From Nitrososphaerota archaeon (GTDB taxonomy: Archaea; Thermoproteota; Nitrososphaeria_A; Caldarchaeales; Calditenuaceae), in assembly GCA_038741355.1 (NCBI GenBank), contig JAVYLC010000007.1, forward strand, positions 17,851-49,850: a DNA stretch of 32,000 nt, in the 5' to 3' direction. The position numbers were made by a program, and so were the translations under genes. Positions 9,498-17,834 of the stretch are shown here, one piece after another. The notes under the pieces were generated by a model that saw only the letters and a program-made list of their open reading frames with translations, was not told the origin of the DNA and ran no database searches. How positions within the stretch are numbered: the first letter of the stretch is position 1; the number at the start of each line of letters is the position of its first letter.

Positions 9498-10160
9498 GGA
9501 TCCTATAAGTTTGAGGTATCCTCTGTCACCTAGCCAGACGGGCTCTGCCTCTATCCTCAACGCATTTCTGAAGAAGGGTGCGTCTAGTACGAGGGTTTCA
9601 TACTCCCCACCCTCACCTGCTAAATTGAATCCATAACGCAGAGAGAGTGTGGCAAGCTGCTTCACGGACTCGCGGTCTAGCCGTCTTCCCAGCCATTCGG
9701 GCCCGAGGCCATGGGCGCTCACGGCCACTATCACGACAGAGTATCCTCTATCCAACACTTCCCTCATGATCTCAGGGGGCCCCATCCCCCAGCAGGGAGC
9801 GACATGACCTACACCTAGGCGGTCTGCAAGCCACTCGATCCTATTCTTCTGATACTGGCTCGCTAGGCCCCCGCTAAGCAATCCATCGATGCTGTAATCC
9901 TTCACGAGGGCTCGTATGGTGTCGCAGAGTTCTTGGACCTCGACCTCCTTTCTCCCGCTGACGTCGACGTATCTGTGCTCTAGCCCCATGGCCTCCGCCT
10001 GCAGGTGTTGGACCCCTATACAGGTTGTGTGGAACATCCATGAGTCTCTCTCGAGTGGGCGTGCGGTAACCAGGAGGGCTATTTCATGCCCAGCTTCTTG
10101 GGCCATCTGGAGGGCGAGTGTCGAGTCTTTCCCGCCTGTGAAGAGGGAGAGGAGGCGCAT
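9474..10160 (-). CDS. MJ0570/Dph6-like PP-loop ATPase (diphthine-ammonia ligase family, N-terminal domain type)
   Basis: 228 aa. N-terminal LSLFTGGKDSTLAL, mid SGGLASQYQKNRIEWLADRLG, C-terminal AGEGGEYETLVLDAPFF, the pattern I associate with the diphthamide synthase/MJ0570 family. Its ATG overlaps the upstream gene's stop as TAATG. Confidence 0.7.
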   Translation of the reverse strand: MRLLSLFTGGKDSTLALQMAQEAGHEIALLVTARPLERDSWMFHTTCIGVQHLQAEAMGLEHRYVDVSGRKEVEVQELCDTIRALVKDYSIDGLLSGGLASQYQKNRIEWLADRLGVGHVAPCWGMGPPEIMREVLDRGYSVVIVAVSAHGLGPEWLGRRLDRESVKQLATLSLRYGFNLAGEGGEYETLVLDAPFFRNALRIEAEPVWLGDRGYLKLIGSSLAPKLS

Positions 10161-11185
10161 TACTTCTCCATATTGAGGTGGTTGAGCGCCTTATTCAATA
10201 TGGCGTCGGAGACCTCGCTTCCCTTGGAGCTCCCTCCTAGGTCGGGTGTAAGCACCCTCCCCTCCTCAAGGACGGATTCCACAGCCCTCTCAACGGCCTT
10301 TGAGAGGCGGGACAGTCTCTCGTCACGCCGCGACATTCCAAGCCAGCCGAACATGTATGACGCTGAGAGTATCGTGGCTATCGGGTTTGCATATTCTGGA
10401 TTAAGACCAGGAGCAGAGCCATGTACCGGCTCGAAAACACCCATGTTTTCACCCACATTCGCTGAGCCCGCTAGGCCGATGGAGCCGGTAATGCCGGCCG
10501 CTAGGTCTGAGAGGATGTCTCCGAACATGTTGGGGGTCAGGATCACGTCAAATACTGCGGGATTAACGACCATCTGGTAGGCCGCATTGTCAACATACAT
10601 CTCGTCCACCGCGACACCACCCTGCCTAATCACCTCTAGCGCGATATCCCGAAAGAACCTGTAAGAGGAGAGTACGTTCGCCTTATGAACTATCGTGATT
10701 TTTCCGCGCCTCTCTTTAGCCATGTTTAAAGCAACTCGAGCGATGCGCTCCGTGCCGAAGCGTGTGACGACTAGGAGCGATACAGCGTGGTCACGCCCTA
10801 CATCCTCAACACCCTTATACAAGTCCTCCGTGTTCTCCCTCACTACCACAAAGTCCACCCCGCTCCAGTGGGTCTTGACACCCCTATACGTCTTGAATGG
10901 TCTTATGTTGGCGTATAGGTCGAGCCTCTGCCTAAGAAAGACTATGACATCCCTCGCAGTCTCACCAACAGGGCCTTTCAGGCATGCGTCGGAGGTGGTT
11001 ATCTTCTTCAGAGAGTCGCGGGGGAGGGCCTCGCCTGTTTCGGCGGCAACCTTATCCCCAGCTGGCGTCTCTAGGAATTCTACGCCGAATCCCACCCTTG
11101 AGGCTAGCTCCCCGACTATCCTGACTGCGTGGCTTGTGACCACGGGTCCTATGCCGTCGCCGGGGATTACGGATATCCTATACAT
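10160..11185 (-). CDS. Isopropylmalate / homoisocitrate / isocitrate dehydrogenase family protein (LeuB-like)
   Basis: 341 aa. N-terminal ISVIPGDGIGPVV and NMFGDILSDLAAGITGSIGLAGSANVG are typical of beta-decarboxylating dehydrogenases. It lies 9 nt downstream of ilvD on the same strand. Substrate specificity cannot be decided by eye. Confidence 0.8.
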   Translation of the reverse strand: MYRISVIPGDGIGPVVTSHAVRIVGELASRVGFGVEFLETPAGDKVAAETGEALPRDSLKKITTSDACLKGPVGETARDVIVFLRQRLDLYANIRPFKTYRGVKTHWSGVDFVVVRENTEDLYKGVEDVGRDHAVSLLVVTRFGTERIARVALNMAKERRGKITIVHKANVLSSYRFFRDIALEVIRQGGVAVDEMYVDNAAYQMVVNPAVFDVILTPNMFGDILSDLAAGITGSIGLAGSANVGENMGVFEPVHGSAPGLNPEYANPIATILSASYMFGWLGMSRRDERLSRLSKAVERAVESVLEEGRVLTPDLGGSSKGSEVSDAILNKALNHLNMEK

Positions 11186-11194
11186 TCCTGTTTT

Positions 11195-12889
11195 CTAGAG
11201 GCGTGGTAGGGTTATCGCTCCCATCGAGGCTGAGGAGACGAGGGAGGCGTACTTTGCTAGGAGCCCTGAAGTGGCCTTAGGCGGTTTGGGCTTGAAGGCT
11301 CTCTTCCTCTGCTCCAACTCATCCCTAGATACTAGGAGGTCTAGCCTCCCCGCTTCCGTGTCTATCAATATCTTGTCACCGTCCTCGACCAGCGCTATCG
11401 GCCCGCCCGACGCTGCCTCGGGCGCTACGTGGCCAACCATGATACCGCGAGTCGCACCGCTAAACCTGCCGTCAGTCACCATGGCGACAAACTCTCCGAG
11501 CCCAGCACCCGAGAGGGCGGCGGTAACCCTAAGCATCTCCGGCATACCAGGCGCACCCTTGGGCCCAACGTACCTTATCACTATGACATCACCCTTCTTT
11601 ACAACTCCTCCTCTAATCGCCTCGAATGCAGGGTCTTCGTCGTCGAATACCCGCGCGGTGCCCTCAAACCTCGTGACGCCGGTAGCGGCTGTCTTGACAA
11701 CTGCGCCCTCGGGAGCCAGTGACCCTCTCAATATCCGGATACCACCCGTCTTCTTAATAGGCTTCGAAGGATCTCGGACTATGTGTTCGTGGGGGACATT
11801 GGGTAGTCTATACTCCTTCAGGCTCTGGGCCAGTGTCCTCCCAGAGACTGTCAAGACATCTCCATCTATGAGCCCTGCATCAAGCAGCTTCTTGAGGAGG
11901 AGTGGGGCACCTCCAACCTTGTCAAGGTCCATCATGACATACTCTCCAGCCGGCCTCATGTTCAGGATGTATGGGGTCTTCTTAGAGATCTCGTCGAATT
12001 CATCCAAAGTAAATTTGACCCCAGCCTCATGGGCCAGCGCTAGGATGTGGAGGATACCATTTGTCGAGCCCCCTGAGGCCATGAGTAGTGTTGCCGCGTT
12101 TCTGAGCGCTTCGTAGGTCAGGATGTCTCGAGGCTTTATCCCATTCTCTAGCAGGGTGCCGAGAGCCTTGCCAGTCTCGTAGGCGAAGATCGCTCTCCTC
12201 GCGGATGTGGCCGTTGGGCTAGAACTTCCGAGGAGCGCTAGGCCGAGCCCCTCACTGAGGAGGGCCATCGTGTTGGCTGTGAAGAGGCCCGCGCAGGCCC
12301 CGTATGTTGGGTGTGCGACCATCTCGACCTGGAGAAGCTCTTGCTCCGAGACCTTTCCACTGATGTAGGCGCCCACGTACTCGTGTACATCTTCTATCGT
12401 GAACTTTCTGTCACCTATGAAGCCGGGCTCGGCTGAGCCGCCGTACATGTATATTGATGGCCTGTTGATCCTCGCCATGGCCATCATTATTCCGGGCTGG
12501 GTCTTGTCGCATCCGCCTATGCCTACGAAGCCGTCATATGCGTGGGCGACTATCTGGGCCTCTACACTGTCCGCTATCACCTCTCTGCTGACGAGGCTAT
12601 ACCTCATACCATCCGTCCCCATCGATATGTTGTCATTCACCACTATAGTGGGCATTGCAAGCCCCACACACCCAGCATCCCGGAGCCCCTGCTTCACGTA
12701 GCCGACAAGGTTTAGGGTGTGGAAGTTACATGGACCAGACTCGCTCCAAGCCACAACCACGCCTGCCAGAGGCTTACCAATATCGCTGGGGTCTAAGCCT
12801 ATAGACCAGAGGAACGATCTGTGCGGCGCGTTAAGTACTCCTGCAAACCGCTCAACACTATGGACAGCACCTTTTCCAGACCTTGACAT
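11195..12889 (-). CDS. ilvD: IlvD/Edd-family dehydratase (dihydroxy-acid dehydratase type)
   Basis: 564 aa. [49 protein letters not shown], and C-terminal [21 protein letters not shown] are typical of IlvD/Edd. A TATA-like CTTTAATATA lies about 24 nt upstream of the ATG. Confidence 0.85.
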   Translation of the reverse strand: MSRSGKGAVHSVERFAGVLNAPHRSFLWSIGLDPSDIGKPLAGVVVAWSESGPCNFHTLNLVGYVKQGLRDAGCVGLAMPTIVVNDNISMGTDGMRYSLVSREVIADSVEAQIVAHAYDGFVGIGGCDKTQPGIMMAMARINRPSIYMYGGSAEPGFIGDRKFTIEDVHEYVGAYISGKVSEQELLQVEMVAHPTYGACAGLFTANTMALLSEGLGLALLGSSSPTATSARRAIFAYETGKALGTLLENGIKPRDILTYEALRNAATLLMASGGSTNGILHILALAHEAGVKFTLDEFDEISKKTPYILNMRPAGEYVMMDLDKVGGAPLLLKKLLDAGLIDGDVLTVSGRTLAQSLKEYRLPNVPHEHIVRDPSKPIKKTGGIRILRGSLAPEGAVVKTAATGVTRFEGTARVFDDEDPAFEAIRGGVVKKGDVIVIRYVGPKGAPGMPEMLRVTAALSGAGLGEFVAMVTDGRFSGATRGIMVGHVAPEAASGGPIALVEDGDKILIDTEAGRLDLLVSRDELEQRKRAFKPKPPKATSGLLAKYASLVSSASMGAITLPRL

Positions 12890-12976
12890 CTCGCCAGATG
12901 ATCCACTGTGCGTATATTAAAGAATTCCCGTCTTGCGTGAAGGATTTTTATCAGGCTTTGCAGTCATAGACATGAG

Positions 12977-14434
12977 TTGGCTGGGCACCTCTATCCCTGT
13001 GTTATAGGGGGAGAGAAGATTTTCCCCCCCGATGGCAGGACATTCAAGGATATCAACCCCGCCGATACAGGAGAGATCGTCGCAGAGTTCCCCCAAATGT
13101 CTAGGGATGATGCCGCGAGGGCTATCGACGCTGCGAGAGAGACCCAGCTTAAGTGGGCTTCAACCCCAGCTCCGGAGAGGGGTAGGATCCTAGTCAAGGC
13201 GGCGGAGATACTTGAGGGTGAGGCTGACGAGCTGGCTAGGGTGCTGACTAGGGAGGAGGGAAAGACGCTGGCTGAGAGCAGGGCTGAGGTCGCTAGGGCT
13301 GTAAGCATCTTCAGATTCTATGGAGTGATGGGCTATAGGTTGAGGGGGGAGTTCACGCCCTCAGCCGAGCCCAACACACACCTATTCACCCTCAGAGAGC
13401 CCCTCGGAGTAGTATCGATCATAACGCCTTGGAACTTCCCAATAGCCATACCCTCCTGGAAGATCGCACCAGCACTCATTTCAGGTAACGCAGTAGTCTT
13501 CAAGCCGGCGAGCTACACCCCGCTAATAGGCTATAGGATAGTCGACGCCCTCCACCGCGCAGGCCTGCCGCCCGGAGTCCTCAACTTTGTCACAGGCCCT
13601 GGCTCGACCGTAGGCGCAGAGCTAATCAACAACCCAAAAGTGGATGCGATATCCTTCACAGGGTCGCTCGAGGTGGGTGAGGAGATCAAGAGGGCTGCGG
13701 GCGGGAGAAACATTAGGATTCAGTTGGAGCTGGGTGGTAAAAACCCAGCAGTGATTCTAGACGATGCGGACATGGGGCGGGCGGTGGAGATGGTAGTCAG
13801 GGGCGCCTTCGGCCTAACGGGTCAAGCATGCACAGCAACCAGCCGCGCAATAGTCATTGAAAACATAGCCGACGAGTTTGAGAGGAAGCTGCTCGAGCGT
13901 GTCAAGAGGATTAAAGTAGGAAACGGCTTAGCGGAGGGTGTTGAGATGGGGCCGGTAGTCGGCGAGAAGGAGTTGAACAAGATACTCGACTATATCCGGA
14001 TCGGAGTTGATGAGGGGGCTAAACTAGTCTCGGGTGGAAAGAGGCTTACAGGGTCGGAATACTCCAAGGGATACTTTGTGGAGCCCACGGTATTCACGAA
14101 CGTCACTCCGGACATGAGGATAGCGCAGGAGGAGATATTCGGGCCGGTACTATCTGTTATGCGGGTCCACAACTTCGACGAGGCTGTAGAGCTGGCAAAC
14201 AAGATCGAGTACGGACTATCAGCCTCCATATTCACGAGAAGCCTCCCGAGGGCCTTCGAGTTCATCAACCGAGTACAAGCCGGCGTTGTTAAAATAAATA
14301 AGCCGACAACGGGGCTGGAGCCTCATGTACCATTCGGCGGATTCAAGAAATCCAGCTTCGGGATGATCAAGGAGCAGGGCGAGGCCGCCCTAGACTTCTA
14401 CACAAAGATTAAGACTGTCTATCTCGGCTACTGA
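12977..14434 (+). CDS. NAD(P)+-dependent aldehyde dehydrogenase (possibly a 2,5-dioxopentanoate / alpha-ketoglutarate semialdehyde dehydrogenase type)
   Basis: 485 aa. ALDH hallmarks: WNFP, FTGS, catalytic Glu in LELGGKNP, catalytic Cys in GQACTATSR, EEIFGPV. The specific substrate is inferred only from the KdaD-like neighbour. TTG start. Confidence 0.85.
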   Translation: MAGHLYPCVIGGEKIFPPDGRTFKDINPADTGEIVAEFPQMSRDDAARAIDAARETQLKWASTPAPERGRILVKAAEILEGEADELARVLTREEGKTLAESRAEVARAVSIFRFYGVMGYRLRGEFTPSAEPNTHLFTLREPLGVVSIITPWNFPIAIPSWKIAPALISGNAVVFKPASYTPLIGYRIVDALHRAGLPPGVLNFVTGPGSTVGAELINNPKVDAISFTGSLEVGEEIKRAAGGRNIRIQLELGGKNPAVILDDADMGRAVEMVVRGAFGLTGQACTATSRAIVIENIADEFERKLLERVKRIKVGNGLAEGVEMGPVVGEKELNKILDYIRIGVDEGAKLVSGGKRLTGSEYSKGYFVEPTVFTNVTPDMRIAQEEIFGPVLSVMRVHNFDEAVELANKIEYGLSASIFTRSLPRAFEFINRVQAGVVKINKPTTGLEPHVPFGGFKKSSFGMIKEQGEAALDFYTKIKTVYLGY

Positions 14435-15335
14435 GCCGCTCAATCCTGTTCCGAAGCACGCCAATCTTCTCAATTTCTATCTCCACCACGTCTCCATTTT
14501 CTAACGTGAACTCGTCTGGAGGGACAATCCCCGTCCCAGTCAGCAATACAATGCCTGCGGGAATGACGTTATCTCTAACCAGGAAGCCCACAAGCTCTCC
14601 AAGTCCCCTCTTCATGCTCGAAGTGCTTACCGAGCCTTTGAAGACCTCAGCCCCTCCCCGAAGGATTCTCATCTCAATCCTAAGGTTTTTAGGGTCTCCA
14701 ACCGTTTCAGGCAGGGCGATCGCGGGGCCCAGCGCGCAACTACCCCTGTAGATCTTGGCCTGGGGCAGGTAGAGGGGGTTCTCGCCCTCGATGTCCCTGG
14801 CCGAGAGGTCGTTACCCACCGTGTATCCTATTATCTCATGCTTTGGTCCAAGGACAAGCGCCAGCTCCGGCTCAGGCACTGACCATTTCGAGTCACCCCG
14901 AATATACGCGACATCTCCTGGCCCGACACAGCGGGAGGGGGTAGCCTTGAAGAAGATCTCTGGCCGCTCAGCCTCGTAGACGAGGTCGTAGATCCCCTTA
15001 GCCTTTGTCTCGTATTCGCGGGCCTCCCGGCTCCTGAGGTATGTTACGCCGGCACCCCAGACCTCGGGTGGAACAATGGGGATGAGGAGGCGGAAGCCCT
15101 TCAGCCTGCCCTCGGCGACCTCCGAGTAGTTGACCCTTTTTAATCGTCCACCCCCGCTTAGTCTCCGCTCCAGATACTGGGCGACACTCATACCCTTGCT
15201 GGCCGCCTCGCGGAAGAGTGTTAGGAATCCTCTCCCGGAGCCGTATCTCCTCTCTGGCAGCAGAACTGCCTCGTCATCAACCACCACTCCCAGCCTCGCA
15301 CCTCCACGCGGCGTTTGGACCCTAACAATCCTCAT
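14409..15335 (-). CDS. Fumarylacetoacetate hydrolase (FAH) family protein resembling 2-keto-3-deoxy-D-arabinonate dehydratase (KdaD)
   Basis: 308 aa. FAH-fold metal/substrate motifs PEPELALVLG and GNDLSARD. In addition PPEVWGAGVTY, RPEIFFKATPSRCVG and ENPLYLPQAKIY match my memory of Sulfolobus KdaD. It overlaps the ALDH 3' end convergently by 26 nt. Confidence 0.65.
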   Translation of the reverse strand: MRIVRVQTPRGGARLGVVVDDEAVLLPERRYGSGRGFLTLFREAASKGMSVAQYLERRLSGGGRLKRVNYSEVAEGRLKGFRLLIPIVPPEVWGAGVTYLRSREAREYETKAKGIYDLVYEAERPEIFFKATPSRCVGPGDVAYIRGDSKWSVPEPELALVLGPKHEIIGYTVGNDLSARDIEGENPLYLPQAKIYRGSCALGPAIALPETVGDPKNLRIEMRILRGGAEVFKGSVSTSSMKRGLGELVGFLVRDNVIPAGIVLLTGTGIVPPDEFTLENGDVVEIEIEKIGVLRNRIERLSSRDRQS

Positions 15336-15432
15336 GGCTAAAACCTCACAGCCTATGACGTCATAAGGCCTACTTAAGACTAAGTGTTGGAGACCTATAC
15401 GTTAATAGGGCTGAGCAGGGCTAGTCTATGGT

Positions 15433-17742
15433 ATGAAAAGGTTAGCAGAGTCTGTACTCGCAATAGTCTTGGCAACCGCGTCAGTACTTCCAGTCGCCCT
15501 TTCCCTCGAGGAGGCTAGCCTCGGCGGTGGAGTGAAGATAGAGTTTCAGTCAACTAAACTTCTCTCAGGACTCCTGACAGGGAGGCTGGGCGTCATTGCG
15601 CGGGGGGAAGACCCGTTCATGAGGCTCGGTGAGACGGGTGGTGAGCCTGGCGAGAGGAGATTTGAGGCGGAGGGAGAAGGAGCCGGTCCAGGTCTATTCA
15701 CCCTGCAGGCGCCAGGGGCTGCGGGCATACTGGTCCCCTTCAGAAGCCCGGCACCGGCCTTCAGCAGAAACATCTTGATAACAAGGGACTTCAGCAGAGC
15801 ACCCATTCAGACGGAGCCTCACATAGCCGTGAACCCGAAGAACCCCAACCACCTGCTCGTAGGCGTCATAGACTACAACTTTGCCGGGGTCAGCGCCTAT
15901 GTTAGCTTGGATGGGGGAGAGACGTGGATAGGTCCGCGCCAGCTAAGATACTTGAGGGATGATATAGGATCTGGCGGAGATCCTGTGGTAGCCTTTGACA
16001 GGGATGGGAACGCATACTTCTCCTCAATATCTATCGGCGTGGAAGAGTTTAGGATAGGTGCGGCTGTCGCTGAGGAGATAGTCTCAAGCATAGTGGTTTC
16101 CAAGAGCGCGGACGGAGGGTTCACTTGGTCTGAGCCGGTCTCAGTTGCGCGGAGCGGCATCACCTTCAGGAACATCGGATACGATGAGAGGGGGAGGCTG
16201 AGGGGGAGTATCGCATTCTCATTCCTAGACAAGCCCTGGATGACAGTTGGCCCCGACAAGACAGACCCCCGCAGAGACGCGGTGTACGTGACATATACAG
16301 AGTTCTCCGTCGTGTGGGACATATTCTACGTTGAGGAGCTCGTATTCCTCGGGAACCCTCGGATCGAGTCGGTCATCAAGCTGGTCAAATCCTCAACGGA
16401 CTTTACAGTGATGACAACGCCTATCAAGGTTAGCCCCATCGTCGTCCGCGGATTCGGAGCCGAGACCACCCAGCGACGCGTTGTCCAGGGGTCTCAGCCG
16501 GCAGTTGCGCCTGATGGCACGTTATTTGTCGCCTGGCTAGACACTTTGGACGACGATAGCGCTAAGGGGCTGGGCGAGATACATGTGGCTGTCAGCAACG
16601 ATGGCGGTAGGAGCTGGAGGGGACCAATAAGGGCAGCCGTCTTTAACGAGGTCAGCTTCACTCCACGGAACGCCGCCTTCAGAAACTGGGGCTCCTCATT
16701 CCCACAGCTCGCGGTTGGCCCGGGTGGCGAGGTCTACATAGTTTTTGCGGGACGCCCAGCCGACAAGCCGCTCGATGACGGCGACATCTACTTTGTCCGG
16801 AGCCTCGACGGCGGAGCTACGTGGTCGCAACCCAAGAGGCTCAACGACGACGAGACCGGCAAGCTCCAGTTCTTCCCCTCAATCACGGTAGACCCTAACG
16901 GCGTAATCCATGTGATGTGGGGTGATATGAGGGATGACCCCGTAGAGACGAAATACCACATCTACTATACTAGGTCCAGCGACAAGGGTGATACGTGGGG
17001 GTTCGAGATACCTGAGCTCGGCCAGAGGGTTGGGAGCACTAGGGTCACCGACTCATACAGTAACCCCAACTTCGGGTTCCCGGGTGGCAGATTCATTGGC
17101 GACTACTTCTCGATAAAGGCGACAGCCGATGATGTATACTTGGTGTGGGCGGACTGTAGGCTGGGAGAGTTTACCGGCGTGAACCAGAAGATAGCATTCG
17201 TAAGGAGGCGGGCCATGACTGCCCCCTCGATCTTCGTCTCCCCGCCTAGTGGAGTCGCGGGGCGCGACATAACGATAGTCGGGTCAAACTTCCAGCCCGA
17301 CTCCAACATATACATAGAGATCTCTGGGAGCGTGGTGGCATATACTAAGACGAACGAGGAGGGGTCCTTCACTGCGCGGATCTTCACACCGCTGACGTCG
17401 GAGGGCACGCAGACGGTGGTGGCGTATGATCAGACGGGAAACTTCGCTATAGCGAGCTTCTACATCGAGTTCGGGTTTAACAACCTGGCAGAGCGGATCA
17501 ACGTCCTCGAGTCGGATAGGCAGCTTCTGCAGAGCCTGTTGACAGAGGTCCGCGGAATTGGAGAGTCTCTGAAATCCGGTAGTGGACCGCCGCAGGTAGG
17601 GCAGCCAGCCACCGGACCAGACGCTGTATGGTTGATGGTGGTCGGCCTTGCCGGTGTTGCGATAGGGTTGTGGGTGGGAGCGATCTTAGCTAGGAGGCTC
17701 CAAGGAGCTCGAGGGAACGGCCAAATGACGCGCCAAGCGTGA
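15433..17742 (+). CDS. Secreted, C-terminally membrane-anchored BNR/Asp-box repeat (sialidase-like beta-propeller) protein
   Basis: 769 aa. N-terminal signal-like hydrophobic segment. Five Asp-boxes: SLDGGETW, SADGGFTW, SNDGGRSW, SLDGGATW, SSDKGDTW. An Ig/IPT-like stretch (ITIVGSNFQPDSNIYIEISG), a coiled-coil-like segment, then a TM helix AVWLMVVGLAGVAIGLWVGAILARR. Confidence 0.8.
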   Translation: MKRLAESVLAIVLATASVLPVALSLEEASLGGGVKIEFQSTKLLSGLLTGRLGVIARGEDPFMRLGETGGEPGERRFEAEGEGAGPGLFTLQAPGAAGILVPFRSPAPAFSRNILITRDFSRAPIQTEPHIAVNPKNPNHLLVGVIDYNFAGVSAYVSLDGGETWIGPRQLRYLRDDIGSGGDPVVAFDRDGNAYFSSISIGVEEFRIGAAVAEEIVSSIVVSKSADGGFTWSEPVSVARSGITFRNIGYDERGRLRGSIAFSFLDKPWMTVGPDKTDPRRDAVYVTYTEFSVVWDIFYVEELVFLGNPRIESVIKLVKSSTDFTVMTTPIKVSPIVVRGFGAETTQRRVVQGSQPAVAPDGTLFVAWLDTLDDDSAKGLGEIHVAVSNDGGRSWRGPIRAAVFNEVSFTPRNAAFRNWGSSFPQLAVGPGGEVYIVFAGRPADKPLDDGDIYFVRSLDGGATWSQPKRLNDDETGKLQFFPSITVDPNGVIHVMWGDMRDDPVETKYHIYYTRSSDKGDTWGFEIPELGQRVGSTRVTDSYSNPNFGFPGGRFIGDYFSIKATADDVYLVWADCRLGEFTGVNQKIAFVRRRAMTAPSIFVSPPSGVAGRDITIVGSNFQPDSNIYIEISGSVVAYTKTNEEGSFTARIFTPLTSEGTQTVVAYDQTGNFAIASFYIEFGFNNLAERINVLESDRQLLQSLLTEVRGIGESLKSGSGPPQVGQPATGPDAVWLMVVGLAGVAIGLWVGAILARRLQGARGNGQMTRQA

Positions 17743-17834
17743 GAAGGTATCCGAGAGGAGACGCGGTAGTCTCAAGTACCTAGGCGTCAGAATACTCTGC
17801 GGTACGAGACGTTTCGGCTATTTCCTAGTGGTGG

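Noticed and set aside
11271-12116. A 281-aa ORF on the + strand, plus similar long antisense ORFs (for example 18315-18857, 15897-16322, 3164-3463, 4907-5215, 10695-11198).
   Set aside because: Each lies fully inside, and antisense to, a gene with strong family motifs. Their products are low-complexity and Ser/Pro/Arg/Ala-rich, as expected for shadow frames in GC-rich coding DNA, and show no recognisable motifs.
15354-15365. A perfect 12-bp palindrome, TATGACGTCATA, between the KdaD-like gene and the BNR gene.
   Set aside because: About 8 perfect 12-bp palindromes are expected by chance in 32 kb (32000 x 4^-6). It is plausible as an operator but not statistically notable on its own.
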